A stretch of 64,000 nt of DNA, taken from contig JBEKYR010000022.1 in assembly GCA_049510745.1 (NCBI GenBank), positions 19,591 to 83,590 of the forward strand, written 5' to 3'. The notes below the pieces were generated by a model. The model was given only the letters and a program-made list of their open reading frames with translations, ran no database searches and had not been told where the DNA came from. Numbering within the stretch: position 1 is the stretch's first letter; each line of letters opens with the position of its first letter. The position numbers were made by a program, and so were the translations under genes. Positions 1 through 8,675 of the stretch are shown piece by piece. Origin of the DNA: Verrucomicrobiota bacterium (GTDB lineage: Bacteria; Verrucomicrobiota; Verrucomicrobiia; Limisphaerales; Palsa-1400).

Positions 1-465
1 GAACCACGGACGCTGCGTTCTGGTCAGCGTGGCCTCCATCCGCTGGCGATAGAACCAGCGGCTGACCGCAGGCTTCCCGCCGGCGTCGCCGATGCCGGTC
101 ACATGCGAATCCACCCGTCCGCCTAACCGTTGCGCAACCCCGGCCAAAACGCGATTCCAGCGTGAAGTGGCCGGAGCGACGACCAGGGTGGCCTGCGCCG
201 CCCGGCAGAGGGCTTCCGCCGCCGCCGCGTCCGTGCAATAGCGCGACTGGCCAAATTCCGCGCCCGCCACGCCGAAATACTTGGTGGCGGGACAGGCGGC
301 GATGGAATCCGCCGCCGCTTGCACGCTTTCGCCGGCCAGCCCAACGAACAGATTCGACCCGGCGATGGCTTTGTTCAGAGCGCGCGCGGCGTGCAACGCT
401 TCGCGGGCGGTCCTGGCGAGCGCGCCGCCGGCTTCGACGTGAGCGAGAAGAAGAATGGTTTCCAT
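1..465 (-). CDS. etfA: Electron transfer flavoprotein alpha subunit, N-terminal part (runs off left edge)
   Basis: Manually translated from ATG at 465: METILLLAHVEAGGALARTAREALHAARAL...RVLAGVAQRLGG...SRWFYRQRM, open to position 1; lies directly downstream of etfB. Not in the ORF track because it has no stop in the window. Confidence 0.85.
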   Translation of the reverse strand, partial: METILLLAHVEAGGALARTAREALHAARALNKAIAGSNLFVGLAGESVQAAADSIAACPATKYFGVAGAEFGQSRYCTDAAAAEALCRAAQATLVVAPATSRWNRVLAGVAQRLGGRVDSHVTGIGDAGGKPAVSRWFYRQRMEATLTRTQRPWF

Positions 466-506
466 GATAATTTTTGGGCCTTTTGCGCCTTTTTGCGGCA
501 ACGTTT

Positions 507-1316
507 TTATTTCTTGATCCACTCGACGATTTCCTTCGCAATGTCGTCAGGCGATTGGTCCTTGACGATTCTGGTGGCGCGAAGCTGTTTGGGCAGCGTC
601 ACGCTCGCGAACGTCAGTCCTTCGCTCGTGAGTTTCGCCGATTTGGCCTTCTGCAACGCCGGCATGACGGTGCGCATGTTGGCCGTCCCGACCTGTGGAT
701 TATTTTTCGGCTCGGGCAAATTGCCCGTGGCCCACCCCAGCAACGCCGGCGGCCCGGCACACTTGGACACCTGATGCCTGCCGCCTTCGATGCGCTCCAG
801 AATTTCCAGCGAGCCGTCCGGGTTTACTTTCAGTTCGTCCACGCCTTGAAACTGATCCACGATGCCCAGCCGTTCGCCGACCATTTGCATCGTCGCGCCC
901 GCGCCGCGCGAGGCGGATTCCCAGCCGCCGAAAACGAGCAGCCGGGATTTGTCGAGGCCGGAAATGGTCTGGATGGCCTCAGCCAAAGCGGCGGCGACTT
1001 CAGCCGCCTCGGTGAAACCGCTGGCCGGACCGTCGAGTGCCACGAGTTCAAAGGGCACTTTCTGCGCGACGGTCATCATCACCTGCTGGAGCTTGGCCTT
1101 CGGGCCGAGGCTGACGAGCCAGACCTTGCTGCCGGGGGCGTTCCTGGCCAGGTTCGCCGCCTCGTAAAGCGCGTGGCCCGCCCACGGATCGAGGACGGCG
1201 GGCAGCATCATTTCATTTTTCAACGCCGGGCCGGCCGGCGACGCTATGGGTTCCAGCGTCTGCAACGGATCGGGCACGATGCCGGCGCAAACGATGATTT
1301 GGTATGCGGCGCTCAT
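507..1316 (-). CDS. etfB: Electron transfer flavoprotein beta subunit (FixA/EtfB family)
   Basis: IIVC..IVPD N-terminus, ALYEA, VSLGP, GGWESASRGAG, ERIEGG motifs; 269 aa; operon context. Confidence 0.9.
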   Translation of the reverse strand: MSAAYQIIVCAGIVPDPLQTLEPIASPAGPALKNEMMLPAVLDPWAGHALYEAANLARNAPGSKVWLVSLGPKAKLQQVMMTVAQKVPFELVALDGPASGFTEAAEVAAALAEAIQTISGLDKSRLLVFGGWESASRGAGATMQMVGERLGIVDQFQGVDELKVNPDGSLEILERIEGGRHQVSKCAGPPALLGWATGNLPEPKNNPQVGTANMRTVMPALQKAKSAKLTSEGLTFASVTLPKQLRATRIVKDQSPDDIAKEIVEWIKK

Positions 1317-1326
1317 AAATGTTTCC

Positions 1327-1929
1327 TTACTTCAAGTCGTTTGGAAAACACCCGGCCACGATGGCCCGCACTTCCTGCAACCAGGCGGCGCGCTGTGCCG
1401 GCGTGCTTGTAATCACCACGGAGAACGTCCGCCGCCGGACATTCTTGACGCCGCACAAATCGAAGACGCATTTTTTCCAGAGCGTCTGCAACGGGTCGCC
1501 AAAGATTTCCCGCTCGCGGTCATCCGGCGTGTTGGCGGTGTTGAAAACAACCGCGGCTTTGGCCTTGAGCAGGCCGAGCGGAACGCCCTCGCCCTGATCG
1601 TTGGCGACAAACCGGTAGGCCACTTCCGGCCGCAGCACGCGGTCGATCCACCCCTTCAAAATCGCCGGCGGCATGCCCCACCAGTTCGGATGCACGATGA
1701 TGATGCCGCCGGCTTGGGCGATTTCGTTGCAATGACGGACAATGGCCGGATCGAGCTTCGCGTTGGCCTGCAATTCGGCGGCGGAAAAGAGCGGCGGAAA
1801 TTGTTCCTGGTATAGATCGTGGAGCACGGCTTCGTGGCCGTTCTGGCGAAGCGCTTCCGCCGCCGTGTTGGCGATGGCGTGGTTGAAACTTCCGGGATTC
1901 GGATGGGCGAGGATGATCGAGATGTTCAT
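1327..1929 (-). CDS. NAD(P)H-dependent flavodoxin-fold oxidoreductase (NAD(P)H:quinone dehydrogenase family)
   Basis: ILAHPNPGSFNHAI and HPNWWGMPPAILKGWIDRV motifs of the Flavodoxin_2 family. Confidence 0.9.
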   Translation of the reverse strand: MNISIILAHPNPGSFNHAIANTAAEALRQNGHEAVLHDLYQEQFPPLFSAAELQANAKLDPAIVRHCNEIAQAGGIIIVHPNWWGMPPAILKGWIDRVLRPEVAYRFVANDQGEGVPLGLLKAKAAVVFNTANTPDDREREIFGDPLQTLWKKCVFDLCGVKNVRRRTFSVVITSTPAQRAAWLQEVRAIVAGCFPNDLK

Positions 1930-1984
1930 TAATTTTCGGCTGAATGTAATCCGCCCGTGCCGGCGCGCAAGGCGACAGACGTGC
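1929..1984 (-). repeat. Degenerate direct repeat of the last ~18 codons of the ETF-oxidoreductase gene (partner copy at 2677-2732)
   Basis: Encodes TSVALRAGTGGLHSAEN* versus MSVAFRAGTGGLRSAEN*; by hand 45/56 nt identical. Confidence 0.9.
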
Positions 1985-2401
1985 TTACGGGGTCACCAGC
2001 GCCACCTTCGGGAAATATCTTTTGAACCGCTCCTGGTCGCGCGTGGCAAGCTTCCAGCCCATGATTTGCGCCTGCGCGCCGATGAAGAAGTCCGGCAGCG
2101 GCATTTTGGGGGGCGCACTGCCGCCGGAGCCGCGCCGCGCTGTGACATAGCGGCGATAAGCCTTGCCGCAAATGACCGCCACCGCGGCAGGCACATCATG
2201 CACGGTGATTCCCAGGCGTTTGACTTCCGGTTCCACCTCTTCCGGGTCGCGCGCTCCGGCGCACAGTTCCGCCAGTGTCACCACACTGATTCCCCCGCCT
2301 TCGGCCACCACGGCGTCCTCAATCTGCTTTTTCGCCCACGCGTGGTGCGGCTGGCTCTTGTCGAGGGCATCCACAATTACGTTGGTGTCCAACAGGATCA
2401 T
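1985..2401 (-). CDS. vapC: PIN-domain toxin (VapC family)
   Basis: MILLDTNVIVD...ISVVTLAEL...LPDFFIGAQA...LATRD, the PIN acidic residues; start overlaps the antitoxin stop (ATGA). Confidence 0.9.
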   Translation of the reverse strand: MILLDTNVIVDALDKSQPHHAWAKKQIEDAVVAEGGGISVVTLAELCAGARDPEEVEPEVKRLGITVHDVPAAVAVICGKAYRRYVTARRGSGGSAPPKMPLPDFFIGAQAQIMGWKLATRDQERFKRYFPKVALVTP

Positions 2402-2628
2402 GGCTCGCGCGTCATCTCGCGCAGTTCGTCCCACGACAGGTCAAACTTCAGCTTGGAAGCCGCGATGGCCTTGCGCACCTCCGCCCGGTTTTTTTTCTTC
2501 GGCGGAGCCGGTTTGTTCAGGCGCACCAAAAGGAAATGGCCGTTGCCTTCGTCCTCCCATGCAAACACATCGCCCGGCCGGGCGCCTGGCATGACCACCC
2601 GCTTCTTGCTGTCGGCGATTACCGTCAT
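2398..2628 (-). CDS. Putative antitoxin (AbrB/MazE-like, VapB)
   Basis: 76 aa, DSKKRVVMP...PGD beta-hairpin pattern; translationally coupled upstream of the PIN gene. Confidence 0.7.
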   Translation of the reverse strand: MTVIADSKKRVVMPGARPGDVFAWEDEGNGHFLLVRLNKPAPPKKKNRAEVRKAIAASKLKFDLSWDELREMTREP

Positions 2629-2676
2629 GGTGGGATAATCCCACATTTACGGCTGGGATGCAAGCGCGTTTCCGAT

Positions 2677-4548
2677 TCAATTCTCCGCCGAGCGCAATCC
2701 CCCCGTGCCGGCGCGGAAGGCGACGGACATGCGTTCGGGATTTTCCGGCGAGGCGGAGGCGCAGTTCCACAGGCACGCGCCGCAGTGAACGCATTTCTCG
2801 CGGTCGAAATTCGGCACGCCGTTTTCGCCGGGCGTGATGGCCTGGCCGGAACAGACCTCAACGCACAGCTTGGTGCCGCACTGCTGGCATTGGTTCGGAA
2901 AAACAAACGCGACGTGATCGGCGTAACCGTGCGGGGCCTGCACTTTCCCGCCCATCAGCAATGCGTCCTGATGCGAGACGAGCAACTGGCCGTCGTAGGG
3001 AATCGCCGGCCAGCCCGCCCGTTCCATGAGCGCGGCGTGCGCGGAAACGCCGCGCGCGTAACAGTCGTCGCGAATCCGCCGCACTTCGCCGGGCGGGATG
3101 CGGCCGCGGAAATAATCTTCGAGCGAGGGAATGCGTTCCCAGGGATGCAGCGGTTTGCCGGGCAGGACGAGCCGTCCGCCGCTCAAACCGGCCAGCGCCA
3201 TGCCAATCATTCCGGGGACGACGCCGCGTTGAAAACCGTCGCGCGATTTCTCGGCAGCGCGAGCTTCCTGTTCCACCCAGCTCGCGCGGCGGCGTTGCAC
3301 GTAGGTCGCTTCGAGATTTTCCTTCGTGAAAGGTTTCTTCGCCTTGAGCAATTCGAGCACGGCGTGGGCGAGTTGCGCGCCGCTGGCCCAGGCCTCGTCC
3401 ACGCCCGATCCGGTAAGGACGTTGGTGCTGCCGCTGCCTTCGCCGATGCGCGCGTAGCCGTCGCCGGCCAGATGCGGTTCGCCGCGGCGGCCGGATTCGC
3501 CGAGCGTCTTGGCGCCCCAGGACCGGAGTTTGCCGCCCTTGAGAAAATGCCAGAGATACGGGTGCGTCATCCAATGCTGAAGGTAGCGGTAGGTCGTGCG
3601 CACGGGGCTGTCAAACCACGACGGGACGAAGATGCCGAGGGAAGCGACGCGGTCGGGATGGACGTAGAGGAATCCGAAGATTTCCGGCTCGGGATAGCCG
3701 AAGGTGTGCAGCACCGTGCCCGGTTTGAGCGGCGTGTCCTCCGGCAAATCCACGACGAACTTCATGCCCACCGCCCAGTCGCGCGCGTGATGGTTTTCCG
3801 GCAGACCGAAAAGGTCATCCAATTGCCGGCCGACCGGGCCGACCGGGCCGTCGCCCACAACGGTCAGCGCGGCGTGGATGTCCATGCCCGGCGTGAAGCC
3901 GTCGGCGGGCGCGCCTTGTTTGGTCACGCCTTGATCGAGCAGGCGGACGCCGACGACTTTTTTGTTTTCGATGAGCGCCTGCGAGACGGGCGTGCCGGGC
4001 CAGATTTGAACCGTGCCCGTGCTTTGCACCCGCGCGCCGACCCATTGCATGAATTGTCCCATCGAGAGCACCATCCCGCCGCGCTTGTGGAGGAAGCCGG
4101 GCGTCCACGGCAGATTCAACGCCTCGCGCTCGAATGGCAGCGCCCATTTGCAGGCGTGAATGAAGCCGTCGGCCAGCCGCAGCATGGCCGGGCGCCGGCT
4201 CGCGCCGACGGGATCGAGCAGGTAAAGCACTTTCTCTTCGCCGACCGGCGCGGCCATTGGGATGCCGGCCTTGTCAATATCCGGGATGCTCGCCCGCAAG
4301 GCGCGGGCTTTGGTGACCACGCCGGAAACGCCGAAGCCGATGTCGTCCGCGCGCTCGTAGCAAAGCACCTGCGGCGGCAGGCCAGGCGCGACGGCGCTTT
4401 CGACAGCGGGCGTGCCGTCGGCATTGAGGAGTTGTTTGGACAGCGTGGTAAGGAACCCGGCTGTCGCCGGGCCGAATCCGACGCAAACGATGTCCGCGTC
4501 GATGCGGGGGCGGTCAATGGTCGAGGTTTCTGGTGCTGGCTGCGACAT
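2677..4548 (-). CDS. ETF-ubiquinone oxidoreductase-like flavoprotein with fused C-terminal 4Fe-4S ferredoxin (FixC-FixX-like)
   Basis: DIVCVGFGPA FAD-binding start, GSTNVLTGSGVDEA, CQQCGTKLCVEVC and CVHCGACLWNC Fe-S motifs. Confidence 0.85.
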   Translation of the reverse strand: MSQPAPETSTIDRPRIDADIVCVGFGPATAGFLTTLSKQLLNADGTPAVESAVAPGLPPQVLCYERADDIGFGVSGVVTKARALRASIPDIDKAGIPMAAPVGEEKVLYLLDPVGASRRPAMLRLADGFIHACKWALPFEREALNLPWTPGFLHKRGGMVLSMGQFMQWVGARVQSTGTVQIWPGTPVSQALIENKKVVGVRLLDQGVTKQGAPADGFTPGMDIHAALTVVGDGPVGPVGRQLDDLFGLPENHHARDWAVGMKFVVDLPEDTPLKPGTVLHTFGYPEPEIFGFLYVHPDRVASLGIFVPSWFDSPVRTTYRYLQHWMTHPYLWHFLKGGKLRSWGAKTLGESGRRGEPHLAGDGYARIGEGSGSTNVLTGSGVDEAWASGAQLAHAVLELLKAKKPFTKENLEATYVQRRRASWVEQEARAAEKSRDGFQRGVVPGMIGMALAGLSGGRLVLPGKPLHPWERIPSLEDYFRGRIPPGEVRRIRDDCYARGVSAHAALMERAGWPAIPYDGQLLVSHQDALLMGGKVQAPHGYADHVAFVFPNQCQQCGTKLCVEVCSGQAITPGENGVPNFDREKCVHCGACLWNCASASPENPERMSVAFRAGTGGLRSAEN

Positions 4549-4825
4549 TTGCGAATTTGTTTCGTTTCATTGTTTCCCGGCGAACCGGCGGCCGACTTGA
4601 GGTCACAAATTGTGACCTCAAGATTGCCACCTCTTGATTTGTAAGCTGAAATGCAAAGTCGACCGGGAACCGATCCTGATTTCGTTTGACTGCCTGATTC
4701 AGCCGCTTCGTCGTCACCCCATACACCTGTGCCAGATCGGCATCCAGAATGACTCTCTGGCCGCGAATGAGGTGGATTAGAATTTCGACGGGTTCAATCT
4801 GCAAATTGGTGTGCCCTGTCTTCAT
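4514..4825 (-). pseudogene. ORF6N-domain (phage-type DNA-binding) protein, C-terminally truncated
   Basis: IRGQRVILDADLAQVYGVTTKRLNQAVKRNQDRFPVDFAFQL...LRSQFVTSS; the GGRR..PYAFTEHG segment that usually follows is absent. Confidence 0.8.
4596..4622. repeat. Perfect 27-bp palindrome CTTGAGGTCACAA-A-TTGTGACCTCAAG inside the ORF6N remnant
   Basis: Read directly from the sequence. Confidence 0.95.
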
Positions 4826-4831
4826 GCCGTT

Positions 4832-7030
4832 TCACGCCGGATAATCCAGCGCCTCGCGCGTCATCACCTTGGTCAGCGAGTCGGCGGCGCGGTCTTTGGC
4901 GAGGCGGCAGCCGGTGAGGCAGGTGTCAAGCTTTGCGCGCAGAGCGACGAACCCTTCCAGTCCTTCGCAGGTCACGCACGGGCCGGCTTTGGGCGGATGC
5001 GCTTCGCCGGGTTCGGCCACGTCGGAATAGGCGCGGGCCGAGCCGTCGATGCCGGGAATGATGCCTTCGAGCGCCGTGAGTTCCTCGGCGCCGTAACAGC
5101 CCTGGCAACTCGCTTCGTCCCACGCGGGGTGGCGATTGTAGCCGTGAACGATTTCGGCGGAGATGCGTCCGACTTCGCCCGCGGCGCGGGCCGTTTGCAC
5201 GTGGCAAAGGTCAGTGAAGAACGCCACCGTGCCGGCGAGTCCGTCGGCCAGCGCGGGGTTTTGCGCGCCCTTGGTTTCCAGCTCGATGACGTCGAGGATG
5301 AATTGCCGCGCGGCCAGCAACCAGCACAGCGCGTCGGCCAGCGGGAAGGTCACGCCCTGGCGCGTCTTGTGGTAAAGCTTGGCGCCGCCGGCATCGGTGG
5401 CCGTTTGCACGTGTTGTAACGTCCAAAGCCAGAGTTTCATGGCCGTGCCGAGCGCGCAGGCGCCGGTGCCGGGGCGATCGGAGGCGATGCGTTTCATTTC
5501 GGTGATCCATTGCCGGAACTGGGCGAGGAACAGTTCGTTGGTCATGGTGATGGAAAGCTGCAAACGCTGCACCGCCTCCGGGCCTTCGTAGGTGGCTTCC
5601 AGTTGGGCGTCCATCCATTTCTGGCCGAGGAACCCGGGGCAATCCTCGGTCAGGCCGTAGCCGCCCATGAGGCTGACGGCTTCGCGCATCATGTTGGCGC
5701 CGTGGCCGGTGTTCCAAAGCTTGCAGGCGGGGCAAAGGACGTTGGCGAGCGAATCGAGTTGGGCGAACCCGGCGAGCGGACTTTCAACCGGCTTATGCGC
5801 GTTGAGCAACTGCAACGCTTCCTCCTGAGCCTTGGCCAATTCCTTGAACGCGGCGCGGCCGGCCAGTTTTTTCCCGGCAAGGATGCGGTCCTTTTCCTTT
5901 TCCAGCGGGTCGAGTTGGTCGAACAATCGCGCCGCCTCGAAGCCCAGCGACGCGCTGGCCTCGCCCGTGGCCCAGACGTCCACCAGGCGGTGAAGGGCGT
6001 CTTGCTTTTGCTGGATGCCCAGTTCGTAACGCGGCGTGCCGGGCGCGCCCTGGCCGCCGCGAAAGCGCCGGCGGTGATAAAGAATCACCGGCTCAACGGC
6101 GGAAAGCAGTTTGGCCGCAGTCATCAAGCCGACGGTCACGCGGGTGCGGCGGAAGACGGCTTCAATGATTTCGCTGTGCGAGTAGTTCGGGATGATGACC
6201 CCATCCTGAATGGTGTAGCCGCCGACGATCCGGCTGGCGGGCACTTTGAGGTTGAAGACCGGATCGTTGGTGGAGGAAAGCTGGTGAACGAGTTTTTTTG
6301 TCGGCGTGCCGCGATCCCAGGTGCCCGGATCGCCTTCTTCCAAAATCACCATGCAACTGCCCTTGAGCTTGGGGTCGTCGGACTCGACGGCGGCGGTGAC
6401 GACGTTGGCAAAACCCATGTTGGTGATGAAGCGGCCGCGTTTGTTGACTTGCAGGAGCGGTTCCCGGCCCTCCTGCCATTCGGCGATGCGCACTTTGCCG
6501 GCCAACATGCCGGTCTCGACGCCCACGAACGGAATGGGTTCGGTGAGCGCGAAGGCGGCGCGAACCTGCCGGCGGCTTTCGCCGGGCTTGAGCGGAGCGG
6601 CGTTGGCCACATATTTGGCGCGTTGCTCCGGCGTGCCGCGCTCGTGAATCGGGGCCAGGCCGAGCTGGCCCGCCAGACTGCTGGTGGCCGCGCCCGCGTC
6701 CACCCAGGATAATTCAAACGCGATCAGCGCCAGCGCGAGATTCTTTGGCCCGGCGATGAACCCGCCCTGTTCCGGATCGAGGAACGCGGCGGTGATGCCG
6801 CTTTCGTCGAAGTGCGGCAGGAGACTGGCCTTGGCCGCCGTCCACTCGTGCGAGTTGCGGCCGCCGTTGGCGACGAGCCTGGCGACCGGCCCGCGGGCGA
6901 CGCCGCGGGCGGCTTGCACGAGCATGTGCAGTTCGTAACGGTCGGCAAAGCGCCACATGATCTGGCGGAGATCGTCGGAGGGCAGCGTGGTCAGCGCCGG
7001 GGAGAGTCTTTCTTGAGCGATGTCATTCAT
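4832..7030 (-). CDS. Acyl-CoA dehydrogenase family protein with Cys-rich C-terminal extension
   Basis: AFALTEP, GRFITN, EAVSLMGGYG, ATYEGPEAVQ motifs; 732 aa. Confidence 0.9.
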   Translation of the reverse strand: MNDIAQERLSPALTTLPSDDLRQIMWRFADRYELHMLVQAARGVARGPVARLVANGGRNSHEWTAAKASLLPHFDESGITAAFLDPEQGGFIAGPKNLALALIAFELSWVDAGAATSSLAGQLGLAPIHERGTPEQRAKYVANAAPLKPGESRRQVRAAFALTEPIPFVGVETGMLAGKVRIAEWQEGREPLLQVNKRGRFITNMGFANVVTAAVESDDPKLKGSCMVILEEGDPGTWDRGTPTKKLVHQLSSTNDPVFNLKVPASRIVGGYTIQDGVIIPNYSHSEIIEAVFRRTRVTVGLMTAAKLLSAVEPVILYHRRRFRGGQGAPGTPRYELGIQQKQDALHRLVDVWATGEASASLGFEAARLFDQLDPLEKEKDRILAGKKLAGRAAFKELAKAQEEALQLLNAHKPVESPLAGFAQLDSLANVLCPACKLWNTGHGANMMREAVSLMGGYGLTEDCPGFLGQKWMDAQLEATYEGPEAVQRLQLSITMTNELFLAQFRQWITEMKRIASDRPGTGACALGTAMKLWLWTLQHVQTATDAGGAKLYHKTRQGVTFPLADALCWLLAARQFILDVIELETKGAQNPALADGLAGTVAFFTDLCHVQTARAAGEVGRISAEIVHGYNRHPAWDEASCQGCYGAEELTALEGIIPGIDGSARAYSDVAEPGEAHPPKAGPCVTCEGLEGFVALRAKLDTCLTGCRLAKDRAADSLTKVMTREALDYPA

Positions 7031-7206
7031 ATTCTATTATCAGAGGTTTTCGCAGGGCAAATTTTCCATCACGATCCGGCCAGAGAGGGTCGGCGAGCGG
7101 GCCGTAAGAATCAATCTTATTTCGCCGCGCCTGCAACGGTGCCGCGCGAATGAGCTTGCGGCGGCGCGCCCGGCTGAGTTTCATTGGCCGTCGCGAATTG
7201 AATCGG

Positions 7207-8667
7207 ATGCAGCATTATCCAAAACATTACTGCGGTGTTTTCGGCGTTTACGGCCATCCCAATGCCGCGGAACTGGCCTATTACGGGCTTTACGCCTTGC
7301 AGCATCGCGGCCAGGAAAGCGCCGGCATCGTCTCCTGCGACGGCCGCCAGTTCCGGGAATACAAGCGCATGGGGCTGGTCTCGCAGGTTTTCACCGGCGA
7401 AATCCTCCACGGCCTGGTCGGCCACGTGGCCATCGGCCACACGCGCTATTCCACCACCGGCTCCTCCCACCTGCGCAACGCCCAGCCCCTGACCGGCGAC
7501 GGCAAACGGGGGCAGATCGCCATCGCCCACAACGGCAACCTGACCAACGCCGCCAGATTGCGCGAGGAACTCGAGGAGAAGGGCGCGATTTTTACCACCA
7601 CCGTCGATAGCGAAATCATTCTCCACCTCCTCTGCCAGCCCGCCGTCGATGGCAACGAGAACAACCTCCTGCAAACCGTCCGCCGGCTGGAAGGGGCTTA
7701 TTCGCTGGCCATCATGACCGAGCAGGAATTGATCGGCGTGCGCGACCCCTTCGGCTTCCGGCCGCTCTGCCTGGGCCGGGTGGGCGACGGCTGGGTCCTG
7801 TCCAGCGAAAGCTGCGCGCTGGATTTGATTTCGGCCAAATTCGAGCGGGACATCGAGCCGGGGGAAATAGTCATTATTGACAAAAAAGGCCCGCGCAGCC
7901 TGCAGGCCTTTCCCGCCCACGCCGCCCGCGCCTTCTGCATCTTCGAATACGTCTATTTCGCCCGGCCCGACAGCAACATCGCCGGGCGGAACGTCTATAA
8001 AGTGCGGGTGGAAATGGGGCGCGAACTGGCGCGCGAGCATCCCTTGGAGGCCGACGTGGTCGTGCCGGTGCCCGACAGCGGCAATTGCGCGGCCCTGGGC
8101 TACTCGCTGGAATCGAGAATCCCCTACGAAATGGCCTTCGTCCGCAACCACTACGTGGGCCGGAGCTTTTTGCAGCCCTCGCAGTTGATCCGGGACTTCA
8201 ACGTGCGGGTAAAGCTCAACCTCATCACCGAACTGGTCAGGGGCCAGCGCGTCATCGTGGTGGATGATTCGATAGTGCGCGGGACGACCTGCAAGGCGCG
8301 CGTCAACAATTTGAAAGAGGCGGGGGCGAAGGAGGTCCACGTGCTGGTCAGTTGTCCGCCGCACATGAACCCGTGCGTCTATGGGATTGATTTTCCCGAC
8401 CGCCGCAAACTGATGGCGGCCAACCACACGGTGGACGAAATCCGCCGTTATCTCAGCGCCGATTCCCTGGCCTATTTGTCGGAAGCGGGGATGGTGCGGG
8501 CGACCGGCCTGCCCGCCGATTCATTTTGCATGGCCTGCTACAACGGCAAGTATCCGGCGCCCTACGATCCGCAGGTGGACAAGCACATCATGGAGCGCCG
8601 CCGCGCGCGCATCGAGGGGCTGACCGAGGGGCTGGAGAAGGAGAAGATGCAGATCACGCTCTTGTAG
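7207..8667 (+). CDS. purF: Amidophosphoribosyltransferase
   Basis: Propeptide + CGVFG, LQHRGQESAG, GHTRYSTTG, CIFEYVYFARPDS, VVDDSIVRGTT, CMAC; start set at ATG 7207. Confidence 0.97.
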   Translation: MQHYPKHYCGVFGVYGHPNAAELAYYGLYALQHRGQESAGIVSCDGRQFREYKRMGLVSQVFTGEILHGLVGHVAIGHTRYSTTGSSHLRNAQPLTGDGKRGQIAIAHNGNLTNAARLREELEEKGAIFTTTVDSEIILHLLCQPAVDGNENNLLQTVRRLEGAYSLAIMTEQELIGVRDPFGFRPLCLGRVGDGWVLSSESCALDLISAKFERDIEPGEIVIIDKKGPRSLQAFPAHAARAFCIFEYVYFARPDSNIAGRNVYKVRVEMGRELAREHPLEADVVVPVPDSGNCAALGYSLESRIPYEMAFVRNHYVGRSFLQPSQLIRDFNVRVKLNLITELVRGQRVIVVDDSIVRGTTCKARVNNLKEAGAKEVHVLVSCPPHMNPCVYGIDFPDRRKLMAANHTVDEIRRYLSADSLAYLSEAGMVRATGLPADSFCMACYNGKYPAPYDPQVDKHIMERRRARIEGLTEGLEKEKMQITLL

Positions 8668-8675
8668 GGTTTTCC

